Shown piece after piece: positions 46,797 through 55,567 of a stretch of DNA of 64,000 bases. The notes under the pieces were generated by a model. It worked only from the letters and a program-made list of their open reading frames with translations. It made no database searches and was not told the DNA's origin. The stretch covers positions 1 through 64,000 of IMG/VR virus record IMGVR_UViG_3300008952_000019, one strand, 5' to 3'. The stretch is from a virus. A program made the position numbers and the translations under genes. The first letter of the stretch is position 1. Each line of letters begins with the position of its first letter.

Positions 46797-49700
46797 TTAC
46801 GTATAAGATGTGTTAGATCTTCTCCTTGCTTTAAAATAATGATATGTTCTTGTACCGTTTCCATGTGGTACAGTATGAAATGTTGAACTTGTACCAGGTA
46901 TAACTCCATTTTCTGCTTCGAATTCGTATTCTACATTATTAATTAAAAAAGGAGATGTGTACGTAAGTGTCATTAATGGGTATATGGTTTGCATATTTAT
47001 AGTAACTATTGTTCCTGTAGGATTCAAATGGACTATACTTGCAGGCAGACTTGTGTCTCCATAAACATTTTGAGTTAAAATTTCTCCTATATTTGTTACA
47101 GATGAGTTATGGATTATGTTACCGTTGCCGTCTACTGGAAATGCTCCTCGATGTATTGCAAACCACCATACACTACTATCACCGGCAATCCCATCAGAGC
47201 CCCAACCCGACCATGCTCCCCAGGCAGTATTTACATATGTGTCATCATATTGTGTACCTATAACTTTTGATCCTGTGTCGTTAAAAGTTATTTGGTTTAT
47301 ATTTGTATTTGCTCCACTATTACCTTTTATAATATATCCTGCTATACCGGCGGCTCCTCCTAAGGCTCCGCCCGAACCGGCAGTTCCGGCATTACCTGGA
47401 AATCCAATATATCCTCCGTCGCCGCCGTTTCCTGCCTGATCATTACCGTTACTTGTATTATCATTTCCATCTGTTCCAATGGTACCGTTTGTTAATGCAA
47501 CATTATGGCCCATACCTGTTCCACCATTACCACCTGTACCTGCATTAACTGTTGTTGCTGGTCTTCTTCTTATGGCATATCTAGTAATAGATCTATATGG
47601 ATCCCATACATCCCATCCACTACCTGCACTATAACTATTACTATTGCTAGTATCGACATCATATTGATATTGCGATTCAGTAAAACCATAAAATTCTCCT
47701 GTTCCATTACCTGAAGTTCCATAGGCAGAATTATCTGTAGTACCTGCATAATAATTACTTCTGCCATCCCAACCTTTACTACCATCTTGTGATATAGACT
47801 GATCACATATAGCATTCCAAAATGCAGCATTATCAGATTGAAATTGTGAATTCATATATTGTGTAAGATAACCATATGTACTACCATTCCATCTAATAAA
47901 CCCATCTATTGTTTGCAAATTTCCATAATGTCCTGTGGTAAAATTATTAATACTATAAGTAAATCCATAGTTGGTTGAAGTATCAGATGCATTTGATTCT
48001 GATGAGATATTCCATCCAGACCATGTTCCCCAGCCTGCTGTATCATTGCCGGCGCCGCCGCCTCCGCCGCCTCCGCCGCCGCCTTTAATTACGCCATTTG
48101 AAAGGTTATTAACAGTTAATGTAGAACCTTCTAATATAGAATAATTAAAATATATTCCAGTTCCTCCTGCTCCTCCTTGGTCACCTGGTTGTCCCTGATA
48201 TGTTGATCCTGCTCCGTTTGCTCCTGCGGCACCATAAATATTTCCACTATTGTTTATTGTTATAGTAGTTCCTTTTTCCCAATTATAAACTGCAAGATCT
48301 TGTCCTGTTATTATTGCAGGATTAGCCGGGTCATTTGAATAAACATTAACACCTTGATCTATATCTACTGTAAGATATCCTTGTTTAGAAAGATCCCATC
48401 CTGCAGATATCGCTTCTGTTTGTAAATTATAATTTTGAACATCAGTTGAAATAGTTAAGGTTAATTGTTGTTCTGGTCCGGTTGTAATATTCACTGTTTT
48501 GTATAAACTAAAAGATGAATTAACATTATCTACTGATCGTATTTTATAAGTGAATGTATCACCATACCATGCAGTAAAATCTTGATATAACAATACTTCT
48601 GAAGTTGTAGTCGATCCATTTAACATATGAGTAGTTCCATCATGTGTTGTGATTTCATAATTAGTTACAAATGGTACTGATGACCAATCTAATCGTACAC
48701 CTAAAATAGTATTGCCTACTCCGTCGGTTGTAGTAAATTCAGTTGCTGTAAAAGTTGCTGGTTGTTGTAAACTAAAATTAGTCGAAAATTGATGTTCAAA
48801 ATATGTTATCATTCCTTCTGCACCTTGATCATTAGTTGCAGAAATACCAAAATATACATAATCGCCAGGATTACCTGAAATTTCAACTGACATTGGAGTA
48901 TCTTCGCCTCCAGGATCTGTAATAGTTTGATTGACAGTTGTTGGATTTATTGTAACATCTTTATATAAAGTATAATAGTCAACAGCTTCGCCTATATATG
49001 CTTGTGTCCAAGAAATAATTATATAGTGACCTCTATCAGATACTGAATGTGCTAAAGCTGATGGTGTAAACGGATCTGGTTCGGGCGGAATTTCATATCT
49101 AATAATTACTGTACCAGAACCTCCGGCGCCACCATGTTGTGTATTATCACCTGAGTAATTTGTATATCCAGTAACTAATTGTCGACCTGGTTCAGAAGAT
49201 GCTCCTCCGCCTCCACTACCACTTCCGTCTCTTCCTGCTCCTGGTGTTTGACGATAGGCAGCTCCCCATATAGTTATTGCATTACCTACAGAGCCTCCAT
49301 GACCGCCTCCATATGTTACAGTTTCGGTTCCTTCAGAACCATCACCTCCCCAAGCATGTACTGTTCCTGGCCATGCAATATGTGGATAACTATTATGACC
49401 CCATCTCCAAGGAGCCAAAGCTCCACTAGAACCACCGCCGCCTCCGCCATAATATCTAGTAACCCCATCTCTGTATGTGTTAGTAAGACCAGGTCCTCCA
49501 CTACCTCCGTGACCTGCATGTCCGTTATACGGAGCTCCGACAACAGATGGAAGTGACCAATATCCTTGTGTTCCTGCACCACCGATGCCTCCACCTCCTC
49601 CGGCTGCTTCTGCTTCATGTCTTATTTTTAAATATGTAGTATAAACATTAGATGTATACCATTTTACTGGAATTCCTTGGGCTCCATCAAAACCTGTTCC

Positions 49701-52700
49701 GTAACCCATAGTACTATTTTGAATAGAGTTACCTGGTTCTCCGCGCCACGGAGGCCAAAGCCACCAATTATTTAATATATAACTCTGTAAATTTGCAGCT
49801 CCGTACGCATCAGTTTCGTTCCAACTACCTCCAGCAGTATATGTTTTTCTACCTCCGCCGGCCCCTCCGCCGCCGCAACCGCCATGTTGGCCATCTGCCA
49901 TTACATAAGTAAAACCATCTCCTGCGGTTTTATTTCCTTGATTAGATTTATATTGTATATATGGCTGAGCATGTTCATGTTGAGATCCTGTACCAGCAGG
50001 AGTGCTAATATGATCGTAAAACATATTACCACCGCCTCCACCGCCCATAGCAGTAAGCAATGTGCCTAATTTAGTATCTCCACCTCTTTGAGGATCTTGC
50101 GGAAATCTATTATGTTCTCGAAAACTAGAATATAGTGTATCATTTTCATCTAAATTTGGATTTGCTCCTGCACCACCTGTACCAACTGTTACAGGAATAT
50201 TAGCAGCAGACATTGAATAACTAGTTTCATGAACTAGTCCTCCGGCGCCTCCGCCGCCCCCACGAGCAATACCACCTCCACCTCCACCTCCGACCATAAA
50301 AACGTCAGCCGTTATATTAAAAGGTAATACAAATGTACCGTCAGATGTAAATGTGTGACCATAATACGACTGTCCATTTACAACATATAATATTTCATGA
50401 TTACCTCCTCTAGGTCTAACTAAAGCAGGTTCCGATAACCCTGACCAATTCGATGTTCCTATTATATTTCTTGATCTAATTTTAAAAAAATACCATGCCA
50501 TGTCATCGAATAAATTTGCAGGAATAGTATCTGTATATTGTCCTGTTATTCTAATAATTTTAGATCCAACCATATAAGCAGATTTTGAAAATTCTATTTC
50601 ATATTCTTCTGCACCACTAACAGGAGTCCATGTAGCAACCATGGCTCCTGCATATATATCACTTGCAACTAAAGTCAATCCAGTAGGAGTTGCAGGTGTT
50701 CTTCCTGTAGGTTTAGCATATCGAATTACAAGAGTACCGGATGCTCCACTTGCAGCCGAGCAAGGAAAATATCCACCGCCACCGCCGTCGCCTGGGCCTG
50801 CTCCAGCAGTTGCATTAGAACAATAAGGTGAGGAATGCCACCTTTCGGGTAAATCTCTTCCACCTCGACCATGTCCTGCTTGGCCATCTCCTAATCCTGC
50901 CCATGTCGAATCATGAAAATATGTGTAACCTCCAACTGTTACGTCATCATATATCAATAATCCTCCCGTTCCGCCACCTCCATGAGCATAATTTTTATCA
51001 AGCCCAGTAGCATAATCATTTATTCCGGGAGGTCCTCCGTCACCACCATGATATTCGTCATAATATGTAGGTGATCCATTAATGTAAGGATCTCCATTTA
51101 CTGCATTATCTGTAATGTACGCATCTTCACCTGCTCCCCCTGCTCCACCACCACCGCCTCCAGAATTTGGGAAATATCCTTTTCCTCCTGAATAGCCTGG
51201 TCCGTAGTTATAAGTAGAAAATTGTGTTGAAATTCCACCGCTCCCCATTGTTACATTAGTCGGATATGTATCTGTCTGAGGAGTATTTCCATAATAAGGG
51301 GCTCCTGCCCCACCTCCTCCTTGACCTCCTGGCCTACCATCCCATTCTGCTGAATGGCTTCCTTGAGCATTGTCGGTTGTTCCACCTCCGCCTCCACCTA
51401 ATACTTCATATGATATTTGCATAGAAGTTGTTCCACCGGAAGTATATGCAGTAAAAGACGTACCATCTACAGGAAAATAAAAATTATCATCTGTATATAA
51501 TTCTAATCGATTAGGAATTGTTTTTGTTAACGTGCCGCCGGAAGTATATGCAGTAAAAGACGTACCATCTAATGCAGTTGTCAATCCTACATCTGTATAT
51601 AAATCTATTGTATTTGCATCTATTTTTTTGACATAATATGTGTTATCATTTAATTCTGTAGTGCCAACAACACCTGTTATAACTATAGGATCTGCATCAA
51701 CAAAAGGATGAGCATTAACGGTTAATTGAACGCTTGGTGTTAATTGAACTACTGCATCTATAGTATCTGTTGTAACAACTTGTGCTACATTTTTTACATA
51801 ATAAGAATTATTGTTTAATTCTGTTGTTCCAACTACGTTAGTAATTGTTAAATGATTTCCATCATAATAATTTTTAGTACTAACATTATCATGATTTTGC
51901 ATTTTTAATTGGATAACAGGAGTTAATTGATGAATACCAGTAATAGTATCTGTTACTAAAGGTCCTTCTATTTTTGTTATTCCTCCATCATTTCCTTGCG
52001 TTGTGTTACCTGTATTAGTATCAGAAGTTCCACTTGTTCCGCCTTGACCAATTGTAATAGAATAAGTTCCTGGGTTTAATCTAACGCCTGTTATTTCGGC
52101 ATAACCTCCGCCTCCACCGCCGCCGCCAAATCCAGCTCCTCCTCCGCCTCCACCAACAAGAAGCATATCAACATTCCATGAATTATCTAGTGTAAACGTA
52201 TTAGTAATATTTGGATCATATACAAATGTGTGTCCGTGCCATACTATATCATTTTTAGTATATTCAACCTCTTGACCACCTGTAAAGTTAAATCCATGAC
52301 TACTAACGACACTTGACTCTATAGAATCTCCTATAGAATTTACCGCAGTAACTTTATACCAATAAGGTATCCAATTAGTTACTACATGATCATAAAACAC
52401 ATCTGTTATACCTGCTACTATTATAGGATTATTAGCAAATAACGAATCAGTACCTATAGTTACTTTATATGTTACAGCTCCGTCTGATTCATTCCAAAAT
52501 AATCTAATATTACCGTTTGTATTTGTAGTTTGTAAATTAGTAGGCTGAAACGGAACTCCCGAAACAGAGGTTATTAGCGTATTTTCATCTGTGTTTATAG
52601 TATAATCTATTCCTGATTGTTTAGTATACGCAATACCTGCAGGACCAGGTTCTGACCAGCCACTATAATTATAACCTGTCCCACCTTGTTGTCCTATTGC

Positions 52701-54314
52701 TCCGCCTGCACCAGCAGAAATACCTCCAAATCCAGACCAATAACCTGCAGCTCCTGGTGCATCTCTTGTTGCAGTTCCTCCCCACCAAGGTCCTAATCCG
52801 CCTATTTGTCCATATGCACCTGCACTACCCCAGGATCCATCTGATTCTGGATACCATGTACCTGATGTAAATAACGGAGGATGCCATCCTGAGGACAGCT
52901 CACCTGTCCAATAAAAATTAGGATTAGGAGTTGAAGTTGAATGAGGCATAACACCATCGCCATTAGCAGATAATCCAAAAGGTTGTCCACCTCCACCAAA
53001 TATACCATTATTATTCCATAGAGCTCCTGAAGTTGCAGCACCACCGCCACCGCCACCTTTTACTTTATGTTGCCCTTCTACTGTTATGTTAGAAGATCCT
53101 AAGAATATTGCACTTCCGCCACTCTGACCTATATGTCCTGGACCAAAATATCCATTAGAACTTTTATTTGCACCTCTATCAAACCTAGATAATTCTTTTT
53201 TCCAACCAACATAATTTCCAAAATAAGCATACAACCCGCCAGTTACAGGTTCATTGGGATTATTTAAAAAATCCCATTCTCTTGTATCATAAGGACTTGT
53301 ATTCCAATTAGGACCATATCCTTGAGGTGGACCAGAATCATGTATAGGTACTGCTCCCGCACCTCCATGGCCCCATACGTGTCCTCTAATTGTAATTTTA
53401 GTAGATGATCCTCCGGGCAACGAACCTACAGTTATAGCGTATTTGTCAACACTAGGTGCAATAATATATGTATCTTCCGCAACAACAACTTTAGCATTAA
53501 CCTTTGTTAGTCCGTCCCAGCCATACGTTGTCATTTTTGCATTTAAATCATAACCTGTTAATAAATCTTGAGTAATAATATCTGTAAAATTAAATACACC
53601 ATCAATAACTGTACCAGTAGTAGATGGTGACCTATCAATTTCCATTGCAGTTATAATAATTTGAGAATTTTCTGCAATGCCTATTTCATTTGAATCTCCT
53701 GCCGAAGTTGTTCCACATATACCATGTAAATGATATTTAGGTGTAAGAGAAAGAGATTGCTTATCTAATAAAGATATTGTTAAAGGAGGATATCTATGTG
53801 TGGTTTCTTTATTTGCAGGAACATCAACAAAACCTATCGGAATACCTGGCGAATGTTGGGTGCTTGAATTACTTCCTGCATCAGTATATACTGTATTAGA
53901 CATCATGTCTTGTTCTAATCTATATATTTCTTGGACTTGGGCTCCTTCAGTCACAAAAAAACGACCACTAGCTCCGCCGGTAGATCCTGATACATTTAAA
54001 GCATTAATAACAGGAACAAAAGTGATATGAACTAAAACATAATTATTAATATTTGATAAGGTTATTAATCCAGTAGATGTACGAAATAATTCGTCTGGAA
54101 TACCCGGAACAGGAGTACCTGCCGATTGGTCTCTTTTAGTAGTAATTTTAACATCAACGTCTATTACTTCTATTTTTGTTTGGATTATTTGATTAAGATG
54201 AGAATGATCTGTCCATGAAAAGTTTTCTCCTAACGCCCAGCCAATATAATTTGCGTCAGCAACAACATTTCCTTGAGAATCAAGAATTTTATCTGTTTTA
54301 AGAATACTAGACAT
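46797..54314 (-). CDS. Giant Gly-rich virion protein (2505 aa) with FN3-like, Gly-rich and FCCH-like domains
   Basis: HTF...(L/M)VGGGGGG...GGGGG Gly-rich domains x2 ending G(A)SGT(L/V).IRY; FN3-like P..L......W.....A..Y...Y.V.A.N repeats; gp38-like N.G.I.G..G loops. Confidence 0.75.
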   Translation of the reverse strand: MSSILKTDKILDSQGNVVADANYIGWALGENFSWTDHSHLNQIIQTKIEVIDVDVKITTKRDQSAGTPVPGIPDELFRTSTGLITLSNINNYVLVHITFVPVINALNVSGSTGGASGRFFVTEGAQVQEIYRLEQDMMSNTVYTDAGSNSSTQHSPGIPIGFVDVPANKETTHRYPPLTISLLDKQSLSLTPKYHLHGICGTTSAGDSNEIGIAENSQIIITAMEIDRSPSTTGTVIDGVFNFTDIITQDLLTGYDLNAKMTTYGWDGLTKVNAKVVVAEDTYIIAPSVDKYAITVGSLPGGSSTKITIRGHVWGHGGAGAVPIHDSGPPQGYGPNWNTSPYDTREWDFLNNPNEPVTGGLYAYFGNYVGWKKELSRFDRGANKSSNGYFGPGHIGQSGGSAIFLGSSNITVEGQHKVKGGGGGGAATSGALWNNNGIFGGGGQPFGLSANGDGVMPHSTSTPNPNFYWTGELSSGWHPPLFTSGTWYPESDGSWGSAGAYGQIGGLGPWWGGTATRDAPGAAGYWSGFGGISAGAGGAIGQQGGTGYNYSGWSEPGPAGIAYTKQSGIDYTINTDENTLITSVSGVPFQPTNLQTTNTNGNIRLFWNESDGAVTYKVTIGTDSLFANNPIIVAGITDVFYDHVVTNWIPYWYKVTAVNSIGDSIESSVVSSHGFNFTGGQEVEYTKNDIVWHGHTFVYDPNITNTFTLDNSWNVDMLLVGGGGGGAGFGGGGGGGGYAEITGVRLNPGTYSITIGQGGTSGTSDTNTGNTTQGNDGGITKIEGPLVTDTITGIHQLTPVIQLKMQNHDNVSTKNYYDGNHLTITNVVGTTELNNNSYYVKNVAQVVTTDTIDAVVQLTPSVQLTVNAHPFVDADPIVITGVVGTTELNDNTYYVKKIDANTIDLYTDVGLTTALDGTSFTAYTSGGTLTKTIPNRLELYTDDNFYFPVDGTSFTAYTSGGTTSMQISYEVLGGGGGGTTDNAQGSHSAEWDGRPGGQGGGGAGAPYYGNTPQTDTYPTNVTMGSGGISTQFSTYNYGPGYSGGKGYFPNSGGGGGGAGGAGEDAYITDNAVNGDPYINGSPTYYDEYHGGDGGPPGINDYATGLDKNYAHGGGGTGGLLIYDDVTVGGYTYFHDSTWAGLGDGQAGHGRGGRDLPERWHSSPYCSNATAGAGPGDGGGGGYFPCSAASGASGTLVIRYAKPTGRTPATPTGLTLVASDIYAGAMVATWTPVSGAEEYEIEFSKSAYMVGSKIIRITGQYTDTIPANLFDDMAWYFFKIRSRNIIGTSNWSGLSEPALVRPRGGNHEILYVVNGQSYYGHTFTSDGTFVLPFNITADVFMVGGGGGGGIARGGGGGAGGLVHETSYSMSAANIPVTVGTGGAGANPNLDENDTLYSSFREHNRFPQDPQRGGDTKLGTLLTAMGGGGGGNMFYDHISTPAGTGSQHEHAQPYIQYKSNQGNKTAGDGFTYVMADGQHGGCGGGGAGGGRKTYTAGGSWNETDAYGAANLQSYILNNWWLWPPWRGEPGNSIQNSTMGYGTGFDGAQGIPVKWYTSNVYTTYLKIRHEAEAAGGGGGIGGAGTQGYWSLPSVVGAPYNGHAGHGGSGGPGLTNTYRDGVTRYYGGGGGGSSGALAPWRWGHNSYPHIAWPGTVHAWGGDGSEGTETVTYGGGHGGSVGNAITIWGAAYRQTPGAGRDGSGSGGGGASSEPGRQLVTGYTNYSGDNTQHGGAGGSGTVIIRYEIPPEPDPFTPSALAHSVSDRGHYIIISWTQAYIGEAVDYYTLYKDVTINPTTVNQTITDPGGEDTPMSVEISGNPGDYVYFGISATNDQGAEGMITYFEHQFSTNFSLQQPATFTATEFTTTDGVGNTILGVRLDWSSVPFVTNYEITTHDGTTHMLNGSTTTSEVLLYQDFTAWYGDTFTYKIRSVDNVNSSFSLYKTVNITTGPEQQLTLTISTDVQNYNLQTEAISAGWDLSKQGYLTVDIDQGVNVYSNDPANPAIITGQDLAVYNWEKGTTITINNSGNIYGAAGANGAGSTYQGQPGDQGGAGGTGIYFNYSILEGSTLTVNNLSNGVIKGGGGGGGGGGAGNDTAGWGTWSGWNISSESNASDTSTNYGFTYSINNFTTGHYGNLQTIDGFIRWNGSTYGYLTQYMNSQFQSDNAAFWNAICDQSISQDGSKGWDGRSNYYAGTTDNSAYGTSGNGTGEFYGFTESQYQYDVDTSNSNSYSAGSGWDVWDPYRSITRYAIRRRPATTVNAGTGGNGGTGMGHNVALTNGTIGTDGNDNTSNGNDQAGNGGDGGYIGFPGNAGTAGSGGALGGAAGIAGYIIKGNSGANTNINQITFNDTGSKVIGTQYDDTYVNTAWGAWSGWGSDGIAGDSSVWWFAIHRGAFPVDGNGNIIHNSSVTNIGEILTQNVYGDTSLPASIVHLNPTGTIVTINMQTIYPLMTLTYTSPFLINNVEYEFEAENGVIPGTSSTFHTVPHGNGTRTYHYFKARRRSNTSYT
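51436..51571. repeat. Perfect 34-bp direct repeat ccggaagtatatgcagtaaaagacgtaccatcta (51436-51469 and 51538-51571)
   Basis: Read directly; both copies encode DGTSFTAYTSG. Confidence 0.9.
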
Positions 54315-54324
54315 ATTATATCCA

Positions 54325-55098
54325 TCACTGTTGTTCTACTGCTATTTCTTCTGCAGACATTAATGATATCCATGTACCACTCCAATTAGCAGAACTACTG
54401 CTAGAATGATTAACATATGTTGTATTTCCTGCTTCTGCCCAACCATGCAAGGCATATGTTCTTGTAGTTAGATTATTAGCATCTGTATAAAGAGAAAATC
54501 TCATCTGACCCATATCATTACTATCATATGCAGCTTGGGCTCTATATGCAAAATGAACTGGTCGTCTACCTGAACTTCCTGATCCTAACGGAGCAACATA
54601 TGTAGTATTTGTTATATCATAAAATGCAAAATGAAATAACACATTTGTATTAGTCCAATTTGCATTCAATTCTATTGTTAAATGAATTTTAGATGTTGCA
54701 ACTAATGGTGTTATTGTTACTCTATGATGGTTACCTCCATCAGAATATGTTCCTTCTGATAAATCGGCAGTTGTTTCTGTATCTACTGTAGGATATATTA
54801 TTGTATAAAGATTTGTCCATTGTGCTACCTTTTTTTGCAATAACATACCTGGAGCAATAATAGATCCTAAATCATAACCTTTGAATTTGTTTCCTGTAGG
54901 CATATTAATTATGCCTGTAGATGTATCTGCTTCTAAAGTTGCTAAAGATGTTATTTTAGGGGTTGATACATCTGTAGATGCAGTTATAGAATCTGTATTT
55001 AAACCGAATCCTTGATGCAAATTCCATTTTGTTCCTGTTGAAGATAAAACAGTATTACCTGTTAAATCTTCTATTTTATTAACTTTTAATGTACTCAT
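54325..55098 (-). CDS. Fibre tip-like protein
   Basis: MSTLKVNKIE start; PGMLLQ...VTITP...SKI...TRTY...SLMSAEEIA domain. Confidence 0.65.
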   Translation of the reverse strand: MSTLKVNKIEDLTGNTVLSSTGTKWNLHQGFGLNTDSITASTDVSTPKITSLATLEADTSTGIINMPTGNKFKGYDLGSIIAPGMLLQKKVAQWTNLYTIIYPTVDTETTADLSEGTYSDGGNHHRVTITPLVATSKIHLTIELNANWTNTNVLFHFAFYDITNTTYVAPLGSGSSGRRPVHFAYRAQAAYDSNDMGQMRFSLYTDANNLTTRTYALHGWAEAGNTTYVNHSSSSSANWSGTWISLMSAEEIAVEQQ

Positions 55099-55322
55099 AC
55101 GATTGTCAATGTTCCGCCATTACCTACCGTTATAGTTTTATTGCTAGGTATAGTTAAAGGTCCTATCATCAACGAATTTGAATTACCAGGGGTAGATATA
55201 TCTTCTGTTGCAGTTGCTATTCCTGAAACTAAAAATGGTGACATAGTTGTCATATCTGTTGTTTCGGTTTCAGAAGATACAATATTTCTATTAGTTGTTG
55301 CTAAATCTAATCCTCTACTCAT
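55095..55322 (-). CDS. Small fibre adaptor-like protein
   Basis: NSLMIGPLTI....TITVG.GGTLTIV C-terminus. Start MSRGL at 55322 (ATGA overlap, AGGAG upstream). Confidence 0.6.
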   Translation of the reverse strand: MSRGLDLATTNRNIVSSETETTDMTTMSPFLVSGIATATEDISTPGNSNSLMIGPLTIPSNKTITVGNGGTLTIV

Positions 55323-55567
55323 GATGTTACAGCTCCTGTTGTTACTTTTACCCAACTACCATTAACATAAATTTGTATTTCGTTAGAAGTAGAATTATAA
55401 ATCATCATTCCGTTTGTTGCAGTTAATGCATCTCTAGTAGAATTAGGTATTTCTGCTAATTTAATTGTGTTTGTAATTACAGTATCTGCACTAGAAATTT
55501 TAGATATAACTACATTACTTGTGCTATCTGTATGTGTAATTTCGTTTACTAATATTTTGCTTGCCAT
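55319..55567 (-). CDS. Small fibre-associated protein
   Basis: MASKILVNEI start; TRDAL....GMMIYNST....Q.Y.NGSW motif. Confidence 0.65.
   Translation of the reverse strand: MASKILVNEITHTDSTSNVVISKISSADTVITNTIKLAEIPNSTRDALTATNGMMIYNSTSNEIQIYVNGSWVKVTTGAVTS

Noticed and set aside
46794-46801. CGTAAATA as another late promoter
   Set aside because: Two mismatches to TATAAATA and it overlaps a TAA stop in AT-rich sequence; too weak to call
48048-48083. GC-rich (ccg/cct)n tracts here and at about 43894-43918, 50240-50292 and 52105-52155 as G-quadruplex or contingency loci
   Set aside because: Fully explained by poly-Gly/Ala coding in Gly-rich domains; units are multiples of 3 and mixed
51436-51571. 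34-bp direct repeat as a CRISPR mini-array or att site
   Set aside because: Only two copies, in frame within duplicated protein sequence, with a 68-bp spacer and no cas or integrase gene recognised
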